Assembly (NCBI GenBank): GCA_023231475.1
Contig: JALJEE010002570.1
Location: forward strand, 1 to 64,000
DNA: 64,000 nt
Reading direction: 5' to 3'
Origin: Seison nebaliae
Lineage: Eukaryota
The notes beneath the pieces were generated by a model. That model was not told the origin of the DNA. It did not search any database and saw only the letters and a program-made list of their open reading frames with translations. Shown here piece by piece: positions 39,820 through 51,548 of the stretch (within the stretch, counting starts at the first letter, position 1; every line of letters begins with the position of its first letter). The position numbers and the translations under genes are program-made.

Positions 39820-41738
39820 ATGGGACGAGCTACTCTAAGAGATATCACTCTGACTTATTCAAACAATTTTCGAAGACCATCGTTCGTTGCTTATCGAGTA
39901 ACGAAGAAAGAGAAATTGAAGGCAACAGCACCTTCGATCTTCAGCAAATTTCTCGACTTCTACTCTAAATATCTACCGCAAATTTACATTCTCTATTATA
40001 TTTGTGTTGTCTTTCATACGTTTTTACTTTTGAGTATTTGCTTCAAACCTGAAAGTTTCTTCTTCAAACAATCAACTCCAAAGTATTTGTTGAAGAGTTA
40101 CAAGTACATGTTCATCACCAAATCAATTTACTTTATCCTTTTCGATATCTTATTTGGAATATATTTGTTACATCTCATACTCTTATTACCAGTGCGATAT
40201 CATATCATTACTCAATATCCATATGATCTATTCGATATCATCTATATCATTTTTCATGTCTCTACTCTATTCTATGGTGGACCGGGGTATTTACAATATC
40301 AAACGTTGGTCTGGTGTCTAAAACCTTTCCGTCTTATAGAAATACTTTCAAAAATGCCTCGATTAAATGTTTAGAACATTTCATTTAATGGACTATTATT
40401 CTTTCTTACATACGACTAATTTATAGAAATTAATAGAAGCTGTCTTTATGACTATTCGCGGCCCATTACTTTACACAGTCATGCTACTTTTCGAGGTTGT
40501 CTTCCTATTTGCTGTATTGGCATTCTTCTTCTTTGGAAATGATATTCCCAATGCCAAATTGGATAAAGAAGTTGCTCTCACAAACAATTATGTAACTGTT
40601 AACGAAAGTGCTGATGTCGACGAATTACTTCGTGATAAGAATTTCGGATCTTTTCGCTTCAACATCGCTACATTGCTGACATTCGTGTTTGTTAACATTT
40701 TTGACATTTTATTCCAATTCATATTTTTATAAATAAACTTCAAATGTACTTGACATAGCAAGACGGATGGTTCGAATTACAACGTCAATGGGATCTTCTC
40801 AATATCATGAAAGGCTCTCGCTATTTTATAGCCACATATATTATAGTAGCTCATTTTATTTTTACTAGCGTAATTGTGGCTATAATCATCTCGAATGTTC
40901 GAAAAGTGAACAGGTCGCTAGAGGTTTGTTGTTGTTTACGAGAATAATATTTGTTCATTTTCTTAAAATCTAATCATCATTGAAAATAGATTGAGGAAGA
41001 GAATAAAAATGCGATAATAAAAAAAATGAAACAGGATTTTACTCTTTCCAAATATAGAGGTACTATCTTCCATAATACGATAAAACATTATAAGGTTCTT
41101 CCACTCACATAGAGACACTTTCATTCTTCTTTATGTTTATGGAGAGAAAATTTATTCTTTCTTATTCTAACGCTTCTCCGGAAGTGAAAGAACGATCGAT
41201 TGGGAAAACTCGACAAATAATTTTCGAACATTTCCTTAATTGTTTTAAAATAATTAATTTTCTTCCTGTCATCCCGTGAATGGAACAACAAACTTATTAA
41301 CACTCTATTTTTTTATGAATTGACGAAGTGACGTCTCTGATTCAAAGGAATCATTTAACTATTTTACTTCCTTTTCTTCCAATCACTATTATAATTAAAC
41401 AATTCGCAAACAGTTAGGAATGAAAGGAATGAACGAACGTCTCTTGGAAACGGGGAAGAAATTGAAGAATGATATTTTTATTATTCCCAATTCGTTAATG
41501 ATTAATCCGATTTGGATCGAAACGTTGTTAGTTACTCTTAGACACACTCAAGAATTAAATCACAGGTATCTTATTTTATCGCTCACAATATAATTAATTC
41601 AAACATTTTATATATAGAATATTGAACATACATTCAGAAATATGCTCTAACTTATGTACTTACTATGAGTTGCATCATGAAAAATTAAAGGATCCCAAAT
41701 GGAAGAACTTCTTTAAAAATCATTACGATAGAAAATAA
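39820..41738 (+). CDS. CATSPER3: CatSper3-like sperm cation channel alpha subunit (about 451 aa, 6 exons)
   Basis: Single 6TM ion-transport domain with S4 LKPFRLIEILSKMPRL and pore IATLLTFVFQDGWFELQRQW..SRYF. C-terminal NPIWIETLLVTL...ILNIHSEI resembles the CatSper3 tail. Introns: 40369-40426, 40691-40758, 40924-40989, 41095-41413, 41566-41617. Confidence 0.7.
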
Positions 41739-42338
41739 GACGGAAATAAACTGAATAAATATATATAAAACTTTTTCCTGATATGTTTATACGTTAGAAA
41801 AATATATATGTTAAATATATGTTGTTTAAAATAAATAAAAAAATAATTATATATATCTTTAAAATTTCTTGATATTTTTCATTTATGAATTTTTAAAAAA
41901 AAATTTAAAAAGACTTTTTGTCTCATCTTAAAACACAATTTTATCTGGATTTGATATTTTTATAGCTTTTCAGACATATAGAGATACTTTCAGATGTAAA
42001 TACTGTAGCACATAAAGAAACTGATAAGATATCATACGATAAAATTCACAGTTAAAAATGAAAAATTAAATGAACGAAACACGAAACGCGGATAAGTTAT
42101 ATTTTGTATTTTATCTAAAAATTCGTTTACTTATTGTTGTAACGTGATTGCGTTAGATTTTGATATTTTAAACAATTTTAATTTTTTTGAAAACCTTATA
42201 AAAGGACATTGATGTCAATTTAATGTTACAATTAAAGCTTGAGGTACATGAATAGATAATGATAAGTTATCGAATATAATAAATTCAAATTAGAATATTG
42301 AGCTCGATGATTTCTAAGTTCTGTCGGGGAAAACAATT

Positions 42339-45300
42339 ATGTTCATGAAATGTTGGTCAACAATTTGGGTGGTGTGCATTCTGTTTGCATCAATTAATTG
42401 TGATGATTTTGATGATGACAATTTCATAAGTTGCGTTGGATTTATTCGATCGTCTGATGGAACGATAAAGATTCCTTATGAAACATTGAAAGTTCAATTG
42501 AAGTTATTAAATGGTGAAGTGAGAACAGAAGTGAATGTTGCACCAAATAATGGAGATTACATGATTCCTATTTACGAGAAAATTAAAAGAAAATATATTT
42601 TGGAAGTAGTGGCCCCGCGTGGTTGGTCGTTCAAGCAGAAGAGTTATCAGATCGAAATCGATGGGAAAACGGACAAATGTTCGAAAGGGGAAAATATCGA
42701 TTTTGAATTTGTTGGATTTGGTCTTTCTGGTTTGATAAATGGAGTAAAAAATATCAATAATGATATTCGTATAAAATTATTTCGATGGAATGATAATGTA
42801 TTAATTGAAGAAATGAAATTGACTGATGGTAATGAATATACATTCAACAACATTCTCCCTAATCAGTACTACGTCACATTCTCCTCCGATTTTTATCATT
42901 TGAAAAAAGTTTCATTTTTATTTTATTTTCAAATTTTTTAATTAAAAAAAATTTTCAGAAAAATATTTCTGTAACGATATCAAAGAATAATTGGAAAGCT
43001 GATCCAAATGAAATTATTGGAATCGGATTCAATTTGAAGATTCGATGTGACATAAAATGGAATTTCCAGTTCAATTTAATTGTTCATTCGTTGACGAAAG
43101 AAGAATGTCTCTCGAATGATGGCAAATTTGGAGATGATAAGAAATGTAAAAAGTCATTTAATTGTGAGAATGATTCGAATGTTTGGAAATTGAAAAAATA
43201 TTCGATAAATAAAAAATTATCTTATTCCATTGAAAATGTCCATTCGACAATTCTTGAAATGAAATCAAATATTATTCATTTAACAGAACTTAATCAGAAT
43301 ATGATTATCGATGTTTGTCATTCTTATCAATTCTTTATATTTGCTAATCATTTTTCTTTTAGATGAAATTAAATGAAATGAATTTTCATCTGAAATTACA
43401 TTATCTTGTAATGGATGAAATGATTATTGAACATTCAGATATTCTCGTCAATAAACAAGTTAAAACTAAAACTGACGTTTCCGGACATGTCAATCTCTCT
43501 CAATTGAAATTCAACGATATTATTGAATTGTCAAATGAAAATTTCATATTCCGAAAAATCGAATTAAATCAGGTAGAATTGGAGAAAATTATTTCAATGA
43601 AAGACAAATCTTCATTTTCTGTTCGAGCGTCTGGTATAAAAATCTGTTCGATGATCAAATGGAAACCAAACTCGATTAACAACCGTTTAATTCAGGGAAA
43701 TGATTTACAATTGAAATTATTGAAAAAGAAAAAATTATTAAATGAAATTAATATGAAAAAAGGAAGGACAGATAATTATTATGAGAATTGTCTAATTATC
43801 GGAGTGAAAGTGTTGAATGAGAATTTAGAAATAATTTTGAAAACGAAAAATTCAGATGATTTATCATTTTATCTTTCACCATCGAATTATATTATCAACA
43901 AAGAAACGATTGGAAATTATTTGAAAAATAAGAAAATTTTCCAATTCTATCAAATTGAACATTCCATCAAACTGCAAATGAATTGTTTATCAAAATGTGG
44001 AAATGAAAAATTGAAATTAATGAATAATGAAAAGGAGATAATTCCGATGAAATCAATAAAGAAATCAGAAAAGTTGATTGACTATCGAATTGATAATTTA
44101 TTGCCAGGAATTTATTCGTTAGAGACGAGTGAAATGAATAAAGCGATTTGTTGGGAGATTAAAAAAGAATATGAATCGATAAATTTATTGAAATATCAGA
44201 AGAATATGGAATTGGAATTGTCACCAATCAAAGAGAAAGGATTCACTCTTCAACTTCTTTCGAAATTATCGGGAATGAAAATAATTGTAAAAAAGATGAA
44301 TGAGGAAAAAGAAAGGAAAGAGGAAATTATTGATAATTTTGAATTGGAGCAAAATAAGAAGAAATTCCATTGTATTTATTCAACAAGTTAATTTTCAAAT
44401 TTTTTTTCTTAGAATCTTTTCTATCGTTTGTGTAGAGCCAGTGATTGTTGAAATTGAGAATAATTATTCAAATCATCTTATTCAAGAGAAATGGATAATT
44501 GATGAGAAATTCGATGAAGAGATAATTATCGATATTGATGAATATTATGCAGAATTCTCTTTGAAACTTCAACTATCTGACAATTTGATAAAGAATAAAG
44601 GATTAACCAGTAATAAATTATTTAATATGATTAATGATAACGATTTGATAACAACGAAATTAAACGGCAAATTAATTCGACCAACAAACAAACGACAAAC
44701 TGAAAAAAATACAATTTTTATGATATATTCAATTTATTCGAAGGAATCGATATTGAATGAATTAATAGTATATTCGAATAATTTCATTTTACCAGGAAAA
44801 AGTCCGGATGAATATGTCAAATCATTCAAACTCAATATCAATCAAATCGAACAATTTTTTATCGAATTATTTCCAATGACAATAATTCGACTTGAAAGTG
44901 ATCCCATCATTATGGATCTGAAAGGAAAAGTACAATTGGTACGTGAAAAAAAGAAGAGAGAAATAAAATTAATAACATCATTTCCATCATCCGGAATTAT
45001 GGAATGGAAAGAGATAGTAGAGAAGAATGATGAGATTCATGTGAATGTCTATCACAAAAATTATTTGTTCGAATTGACAAAATGTTCAAACGAGAAATTA
45101 CCAAAATCTGGAGATTATTTATTTTATAATTTATACTGTGAAAAGATTATCGGATTTAAACGATCTGGTATTATTATTACTCTGTTATATGAAGATAAAC
45201 ATCCCATATCTGGAGTGACTGTTAATTTAGTTGCCGATGATGAGAAACGTCGAAATGAGAAAAGTGACAATAGTGGAATTGTTTCATTTTCCGATTTAAC

Positions 45301-46234
45301 TGTACAATCTTATTTCATGAGAGTTCTATTGCGAGAACATGATTTTGAACCGTCGTCTAAATTAATTAAATTAAATTCAGAAGGCGAACAAATAACTTTA
45401 ACGATAATTGGAAAACGAACTGCTTTCTCTTTAAGTGGTCATGTAATTTCTGTATTAAATAATCAAACATCACCAAATGAGAAAGTTCGATGTCAATTAA
45501 TCGAATGTGATATAACAAATGAACGATTAAAGAAATTATTGGATATATCAACCATATATGACGAGAACGTCATCGGTCAACAACAACAATTTGATGTAAC
45601 ATCAGAAAATGGAAATTTCCGTTTTAGATCACTCCTTCCAAATTGTCTATATGAAATTCAACGTCTTTTAAATAATCAACCAACTGGATTGAAACAACGT
45701 CATTTGATATCGAATGAAGATATCGAACAAATTCCATTATTAATTGGACGTCGTTATCTTCCATCGGATGATGATGATGAGAATAATAAATTAGAATTAT
45801 CTATATCATTCTTAATGAAAGATGATGTTCTTGGACAGAAATTATTACCAAAACATTTACTCCTTCAATGTATCATTAAACTTTATGATGGAAATGATAA
45901 TCGATTAATCTTAACCGAATCATTATCCACATCATGGATTCTCCTTCAAGTCAATCGACAATATTTAAAAAAGAAACTTTTAGTCAAATTAGAAATCCTT
46001 TCACATCAAACCACAATAGACGATAGTGTCCAAATGGATTCATCTCGAAATTATTTGACAATGATGATCGACGAACATCCCATTATCGATGAAATGATTC
46101 AATCAGAGAAAATATCAACTGGAATCATGTTGGATATATTGTCCTTACAATCATTCGTTACTGTACTTGTTGTTACTGTTCTTTTAATACTTCCTCATAT
46201 CGTTTATAAGAAATTCTTATGGAGACGAAGATAA
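42339..46234 (+). CDS. NOMO: Nodal modulator / BOS complex subunit NOMO (about 1248 aa, 4 exons)
   Basis: Signal peptide, CVGFIR, APNNGDYMIPIY, PRGWSF, DGKTDKCSKGENIDFEFVGFGLSG, LREHDFEPS, GKRTAFSLSG, GNFRFRSLLPNCLY and a C-terminal TM. Introns 42909-42958, 43313-43362 and 44387-44435 restore one frame. Confidence 0.92.
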
Positions 46235-46413
46235 ATATTCTGAATTGAAATTAAATGTAAAAAAAAATCATTTAAACATTTTTAAATTATTTCTTTCTTT
46301 ATTCGTTTGTCCCTAAACAAAAACTGTTTTTCTATTATTTTCTTCTCGTTATTTATAAATGTAACTTTCTCTACCGATTTTTTGGTTAAATAAAAATTGT
46401 AAAATTTTGTGAC

Positions 46414-48336
46414 ATGTCCTTAATTAATTTGTTGAATCTGTTGAATTCTTATCGAAACAGTTAAATATTTTGTTTCGTTTATTTAAAAATTTCTATTCTC
46501 TAAAATTGAAAGGAATCAATTGCAAATTGGAGATTTTTTATAAGAATTCCACATTGGATCTGAAGGATTCTTATGGAAGATCTCGTCAAATTTCCATCAT
46601 CGATAAATTTACGGTTTCTCTCATAATTTAAATTTAAAAAACATTATTAAATTTAGAATGAAAATGAATTTTTAAAATTATTAATAAATTATATTGTGAT
46701 ATTCGTGTCGTATCATCAGAAAACTTCAGTTACCATTTACCATGAAAATGAAAAAATTTTCGATACAGACGATATTGTTACACATAATTCGATGAAAGAT
46801 AATTTATATCAAAATCTTTTTGCCTTGCACGAAAGAAGTTGTCTAACATGTCTTCCAATACAATTGAAAGATGTTAAAGGATTTGTTTATTTCGTGAAAT
46901 GTAAAGAAGAATGTCTACTGGTCAACCGGAACACATGGAATAATAAAATGGAATATTTTTTCATGTTAAATGGTAAATTGATCTTATTATACGATTCTCT
47001 CCTATCTAATAATTTGATACAATTAAAATTGGATATGGAAGAACATTTTCCACGTTTTTCAATTTTCATTTAATTATTTAGAATTTTCTTTAGTTTTCTT
47101 CTTTTACGATTTCCATACGAAACAACGTCGATATCATTCAAATCAATTGAGAATTATTTTATTGAAGGTGAATGAGATGGTGAAGGAATTAGTTGGAATA
47201 GAAAAGAAAATTAAAACGAAAATTCTCATAACACATCCAAGAGATTTCATACGTGTTAGATATGACGATTCAAAGAAATTGGATATTCGAAGTAATTTCC
47301 CAATAATACCCGTAAAACGGATTGATTTGTTTAAGATGAAAGTTAAATTTTACCATAATTAATATTACAACAATATTTACAATTAATCTTTTCTCTAAAG
47401 TTTATTGCTCAAATATTCCACAAATTTCTCATGAACATGATACTAGATGAGAAGACGAACAATATTTCTTTAGTTTTTCTCGATCAACATGCAATTCATG
47501 AAAGAATGAGACTCGAATATTTTAATAGTTAAATTTTGAGATTTATCCAATCTTTTATTAACATCTAATGTGAATTGCATTAACTTGTTTAGATCGTTCC
47601 AATGAATTGGTGTGGAAAATAATTCAATTATCACATCCAATCTTCTTCCCCAACATCTTTTTCACACATTCATTCGTTCAAGTGCGAAAATTGTTTAAAG
47701 AAGCTCGTTAGATTCAATTTTTTTCTTTTAATTTTTTTTTTTAATTTATCATTTTAAAAGATATCGAAATTGATATTGATTCCGAATCAATTTATGTGAA
47801 TTCAATACCAAAAGTTTTGATGGATAATTGCAATAAGAAAGATATATTATATGGATTACTTACTAATATTTCAATAGTATATTCTTTTTTAGAAGTTGTC
47901 ATTACTCAATACGTATATTCTTTTATCATATATACTTTTAAGAAATCGAATCAATTTGAAAGAGATAATATTCTGAATGAATTTCTTATCAAAGAGTCGT
48001 GTAAAAGTTTTAATAAATTTTGAGAAGTTCTAAATATTGGAAAATGTTCAGAAGCAGTTAAATTCGGTGATAAGTTATGCTTATCAGCCATTATCTTCTT
48101 ATTAATATACGCGAGACAGACGAAACATATATTCTCCTGCTGTCATGGACGTCCGTCAACAATTCAATATTCACTCTTCCGCCTACCGACGTTAAAAGAA
48201 AAGGTTTCCTTATTATTCATCACGAATATTACCGGAAATGAGAATTTTTTAGAGATTGCGGTCACCACAAAAACTGATTGAATTTTTCAAACGTTTTTCT
48301 ATTGGCAACAAGTGTCATGATGAAGAGATGAATTAA
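46414..48336 (+). CDS. MLH3: MutL homolog MLH3, miniature form (about 488 aa, ~10 exons)
   Basis: LVFLDQHAIHERMRLEYF (DQHA-x2-E-x4-E endonuclease motif), SCKKAVKFGDKL and FSCCHGRPS. Introns: 46460-46512, 46614-46656, 47054-47093, 47342-47400, 47528-47592, 47707-47760, 47895-47942 (optional, in frame), 48007-48051, 48204-48252. Confidence 0.8.
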
Positions 48337-50665
48337 AGTAACACATCTGGCAACTGCATCTTTACCTTCACCGATTATGAACTTCTTCTCTAGTTGATCA
48401 ACCGCAAAATGAAAATTGATGGAATATCAATATTGTTCATATGATTCTGATCTTGTTTATTTATCTTCGCAAAAATTTTCTTTTTTCGATAATTCCGTTT
48501 TCTTTTAATATCTGATAAATTGCCCACAATTTCTTCTAATGGAAATTATTGCGATTCATGCTTTTTCTACATAAAATTATATTCATAATATGAAATATTT
48601 CCATTAGATCTTGTCCATTCACATTCACGTGAGTGCGAATAGCCATTTATCAAACATAAAACAAGGAATCATGTTAGGGAAGATGATCGAGGGAGACACT
48701 TACGGAAAAGTGTAACGAAGTCAGTAGAAGAGGCAAGAGAATTATTCATTTTCGATTGTAGAGAAGTGGACTCCACATCTTCAACGGAAATGATGTAACA
48801 CCATCACATGACTAATGATGAAAGAAGTGCTAAGTATCGATCAATTTTTTTTCTATAACAACTTTTCTCAATTTTTTAGCAAACGCAAAAAATCTGATCT
48901 GTTATGTCTTGTAGGGAAAGTAGTCAAATTTCTCACCTATCGATTACGGAATGATTGTTTTCTTAATCATTCACACTTCTCTTAATCTGATACGTGTAGC
49001 TAATAAACCGATTGTGATGATGATGAAGTTGTTGAACAAGTTGAATTAGTGAAGATGTGTATCATAAATTTAGAGATTTCTCTTAATGTGATAATAGTTT
49101 TTGGGTTAATGCGAAAGTTCTTGAAAGGAAAATTTTGAAATTTTCCTGATAAATTTCTTAAAAAGTTTCTTTGCTTCCTTATCCGGAATGATGATCAGGA
49201 AGGTGTAGCTACTCACATGATCTGTGTCGCTCATTTCAAAGGAGGATGAAGGACAAGATCTGTAAGAGAAATGATAAAATTTTATATCACGTGAACAATG
49301 GTATGGGATGACCTTCGATAGATGGTAGAAAAGTAGAAAATCTACAAATATTCTAATAATTTTACCAGAATTATTCAAATGTTTCATCATCCGCAACTAC
49401 TCATAATTTGTCCATTCTCAACCTTATAATTATAGTAATGATGACATATGGTTCATTCGAAGAAATAGGTTAACTTCGTGAAAAAGATCTAAAAATTGAA
49501 AAAATTTCCGTTGAATGATGATGATTGTAGATGAGTTTTATGATGAAACTAATTTCATGAGATTCATCGATAACATTGACAATATAATTGGAAATTGATT
49601 GGAAATTAATTTCATAATTTCTTTTCTCTATTTAATATTCGTCATCAAAATAAATTATTCCAATCAATTGAAGTAGTCGATCGAAGTATGTCTGACATCC
49701 GGGACAAATTCTGACAAATGATTAACGGAAAAGTAAATATGTCGATATTGGGAATGGGTCAGGTGGAGGGACGGAACAAGTAGAATTTATCTTAATCGAC
49801 TTTTCATCTTCACATTGATAATCCTGGTGAGAACGAAGTGATCATTCTTCACAACATTTCATTCATCAATTTCATTCATTCATTCATTCATTCATCTCTT
49901 CTATTATCGTCGTGTGAGAAAGTAGTCTTCTAATAGAACATCGACAATTAATTGAGAGAAACCGACAAGATTGATGAGTACTCATCACAACCGAATATCT
50001 TCCAATACTTCTATCCTTAAATTTGAAGTCATATGAGAAAATCAGAACAATTTTTTTTGTTCATTCCGAATTAGAATTTCCGATAAAAAACAACTTCCAT
50101 CAAATTCATTAGAAATGCCGGTAACTGATATCCAACAAATCTGTTGAATGTTTTTTTTCTTTAACAATCTTTTTCGATACAATTGATCATTTTGTATTCA
50201 CACCTATAAATTCCACGATTAGTTCTAGTCGACGAATGCTCTGTTGGACACTTTTGCATGACAATCTCGTTGCATATTTGATAGCAGCATCATTCTTAAT
50301 CATAGCTGTCGCACTTATCGCAACAGTCATATATAAAATGGATGTGATTCTCCTAATAAACTTTCAATTCTCTTTCTCATAATTTACATTCCAAACTTTC
50401 TATAATACGAAATTAGGTGATAATTGAGCGATCACTGAAAGATTTTTATAATATTTTCAAAATGATCTTTCCTGATAATGACTTATCATTATTTTGTTTC
50501 TTTTTCATTATTCTATTTTTCGTTTATGTTCAATTCTCATTATTCATCATTTGCAATGAACGACGACGACGTCAGTTCAATCTAAACAAACTAATCGTCT
50601 TCACATTTCGTATCTTTTTTAGAACAGAAATCTTTCATTTTTATTCTTCGACAATAATCATTTGA

Positions 50666-51202
50666 ATGATGAATTCAATCAAAAATAATTCAAATAATGA
50701 TTACTCCTATTATTATCGGGAGAATGTGCAAATGCCGAATAGTGAGAATGATAGAAAATGTCATTCATGTCAATGTCAATCAAAAGGCGAAGTGGAATTG
50801 GCGAACCGAATTCAATTAGTTTTAGCCGAATTAAAAATATGTGTCGACCATTGTCATCGTATAATGACAAATTATGAATATCAAAAGAATTATTCAAATT
50901 CATCCGAATTAACAACTGATTACGATTGGAGTGATAACCACATGAAATCTAAAGTGCTTCACCAAATGCAAAAGGATTATGATGAGAATAAACGATTATT
51001 AGATGATATTTCTTACACCTGCTCTTCCGATGAAGAGGACGATGATGAAATGAAAGAAATGTCTCATAGAGAGATCAAAAGAAAAAGAACGGTAATTTCG
51101 GCTGAAACAAAATCGAATCAAAGGAACGTGTCATCAGTCAAATCATCATCAATTATCTCCACATTGTTGGAGATTGCGATAAACATTCTTCGCAAAACAT
51201 AA
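50666..51202 (+). CDS. Small uncharacterised protein (178 aa)
   Basis: Intact 537-nt ORF in very AT-rich DNA with coding-like composition; no family recognised. Confidence 0.55.
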   Translation: MMNSIKNNSNNDYSYYYRENVQMPNSENDRKCHSCQCQSKGEVELANRIQLVLAELKICVDHCHRIMTNYEYQKNYSNSSELTTDYDWSDNHMKSKVLHQMQKDYDENKRLLDDISYTCSSDEEDDDEMKEMSHREIKRKRTVISAETKSNQRNVSSVKSSSIISTLLEIAINILRKT

Positions 51203-51548
51203 AACGTTTGAAGTTGCACATTGGAAAAACAAACAATTCTTCACGTAACAATTATCTCATTTTTTTCACATTAACAATTTTATCCATTTTTCCTCATCTT
51301 TTCCTTCATTTTCATTGTACCATTTATTCATTCTTGACACGAAAAATTTACCTTTTTAATCTTCAATAAATAATTTGTAAAGAAAATTAAACTTCTTTCT
51401 TTCTCTCATTAGCTCATTGAATAATTGACAATTCTCTTGAGAATTGTTGTGTTGAATTCCAAATGTATTGAATGAGTACAAATTAAATTAAAATAAAAAG
51501 CTTTAATTAAGTTGAATATTATTCCCTAAGTTGATTCCATATTATATA

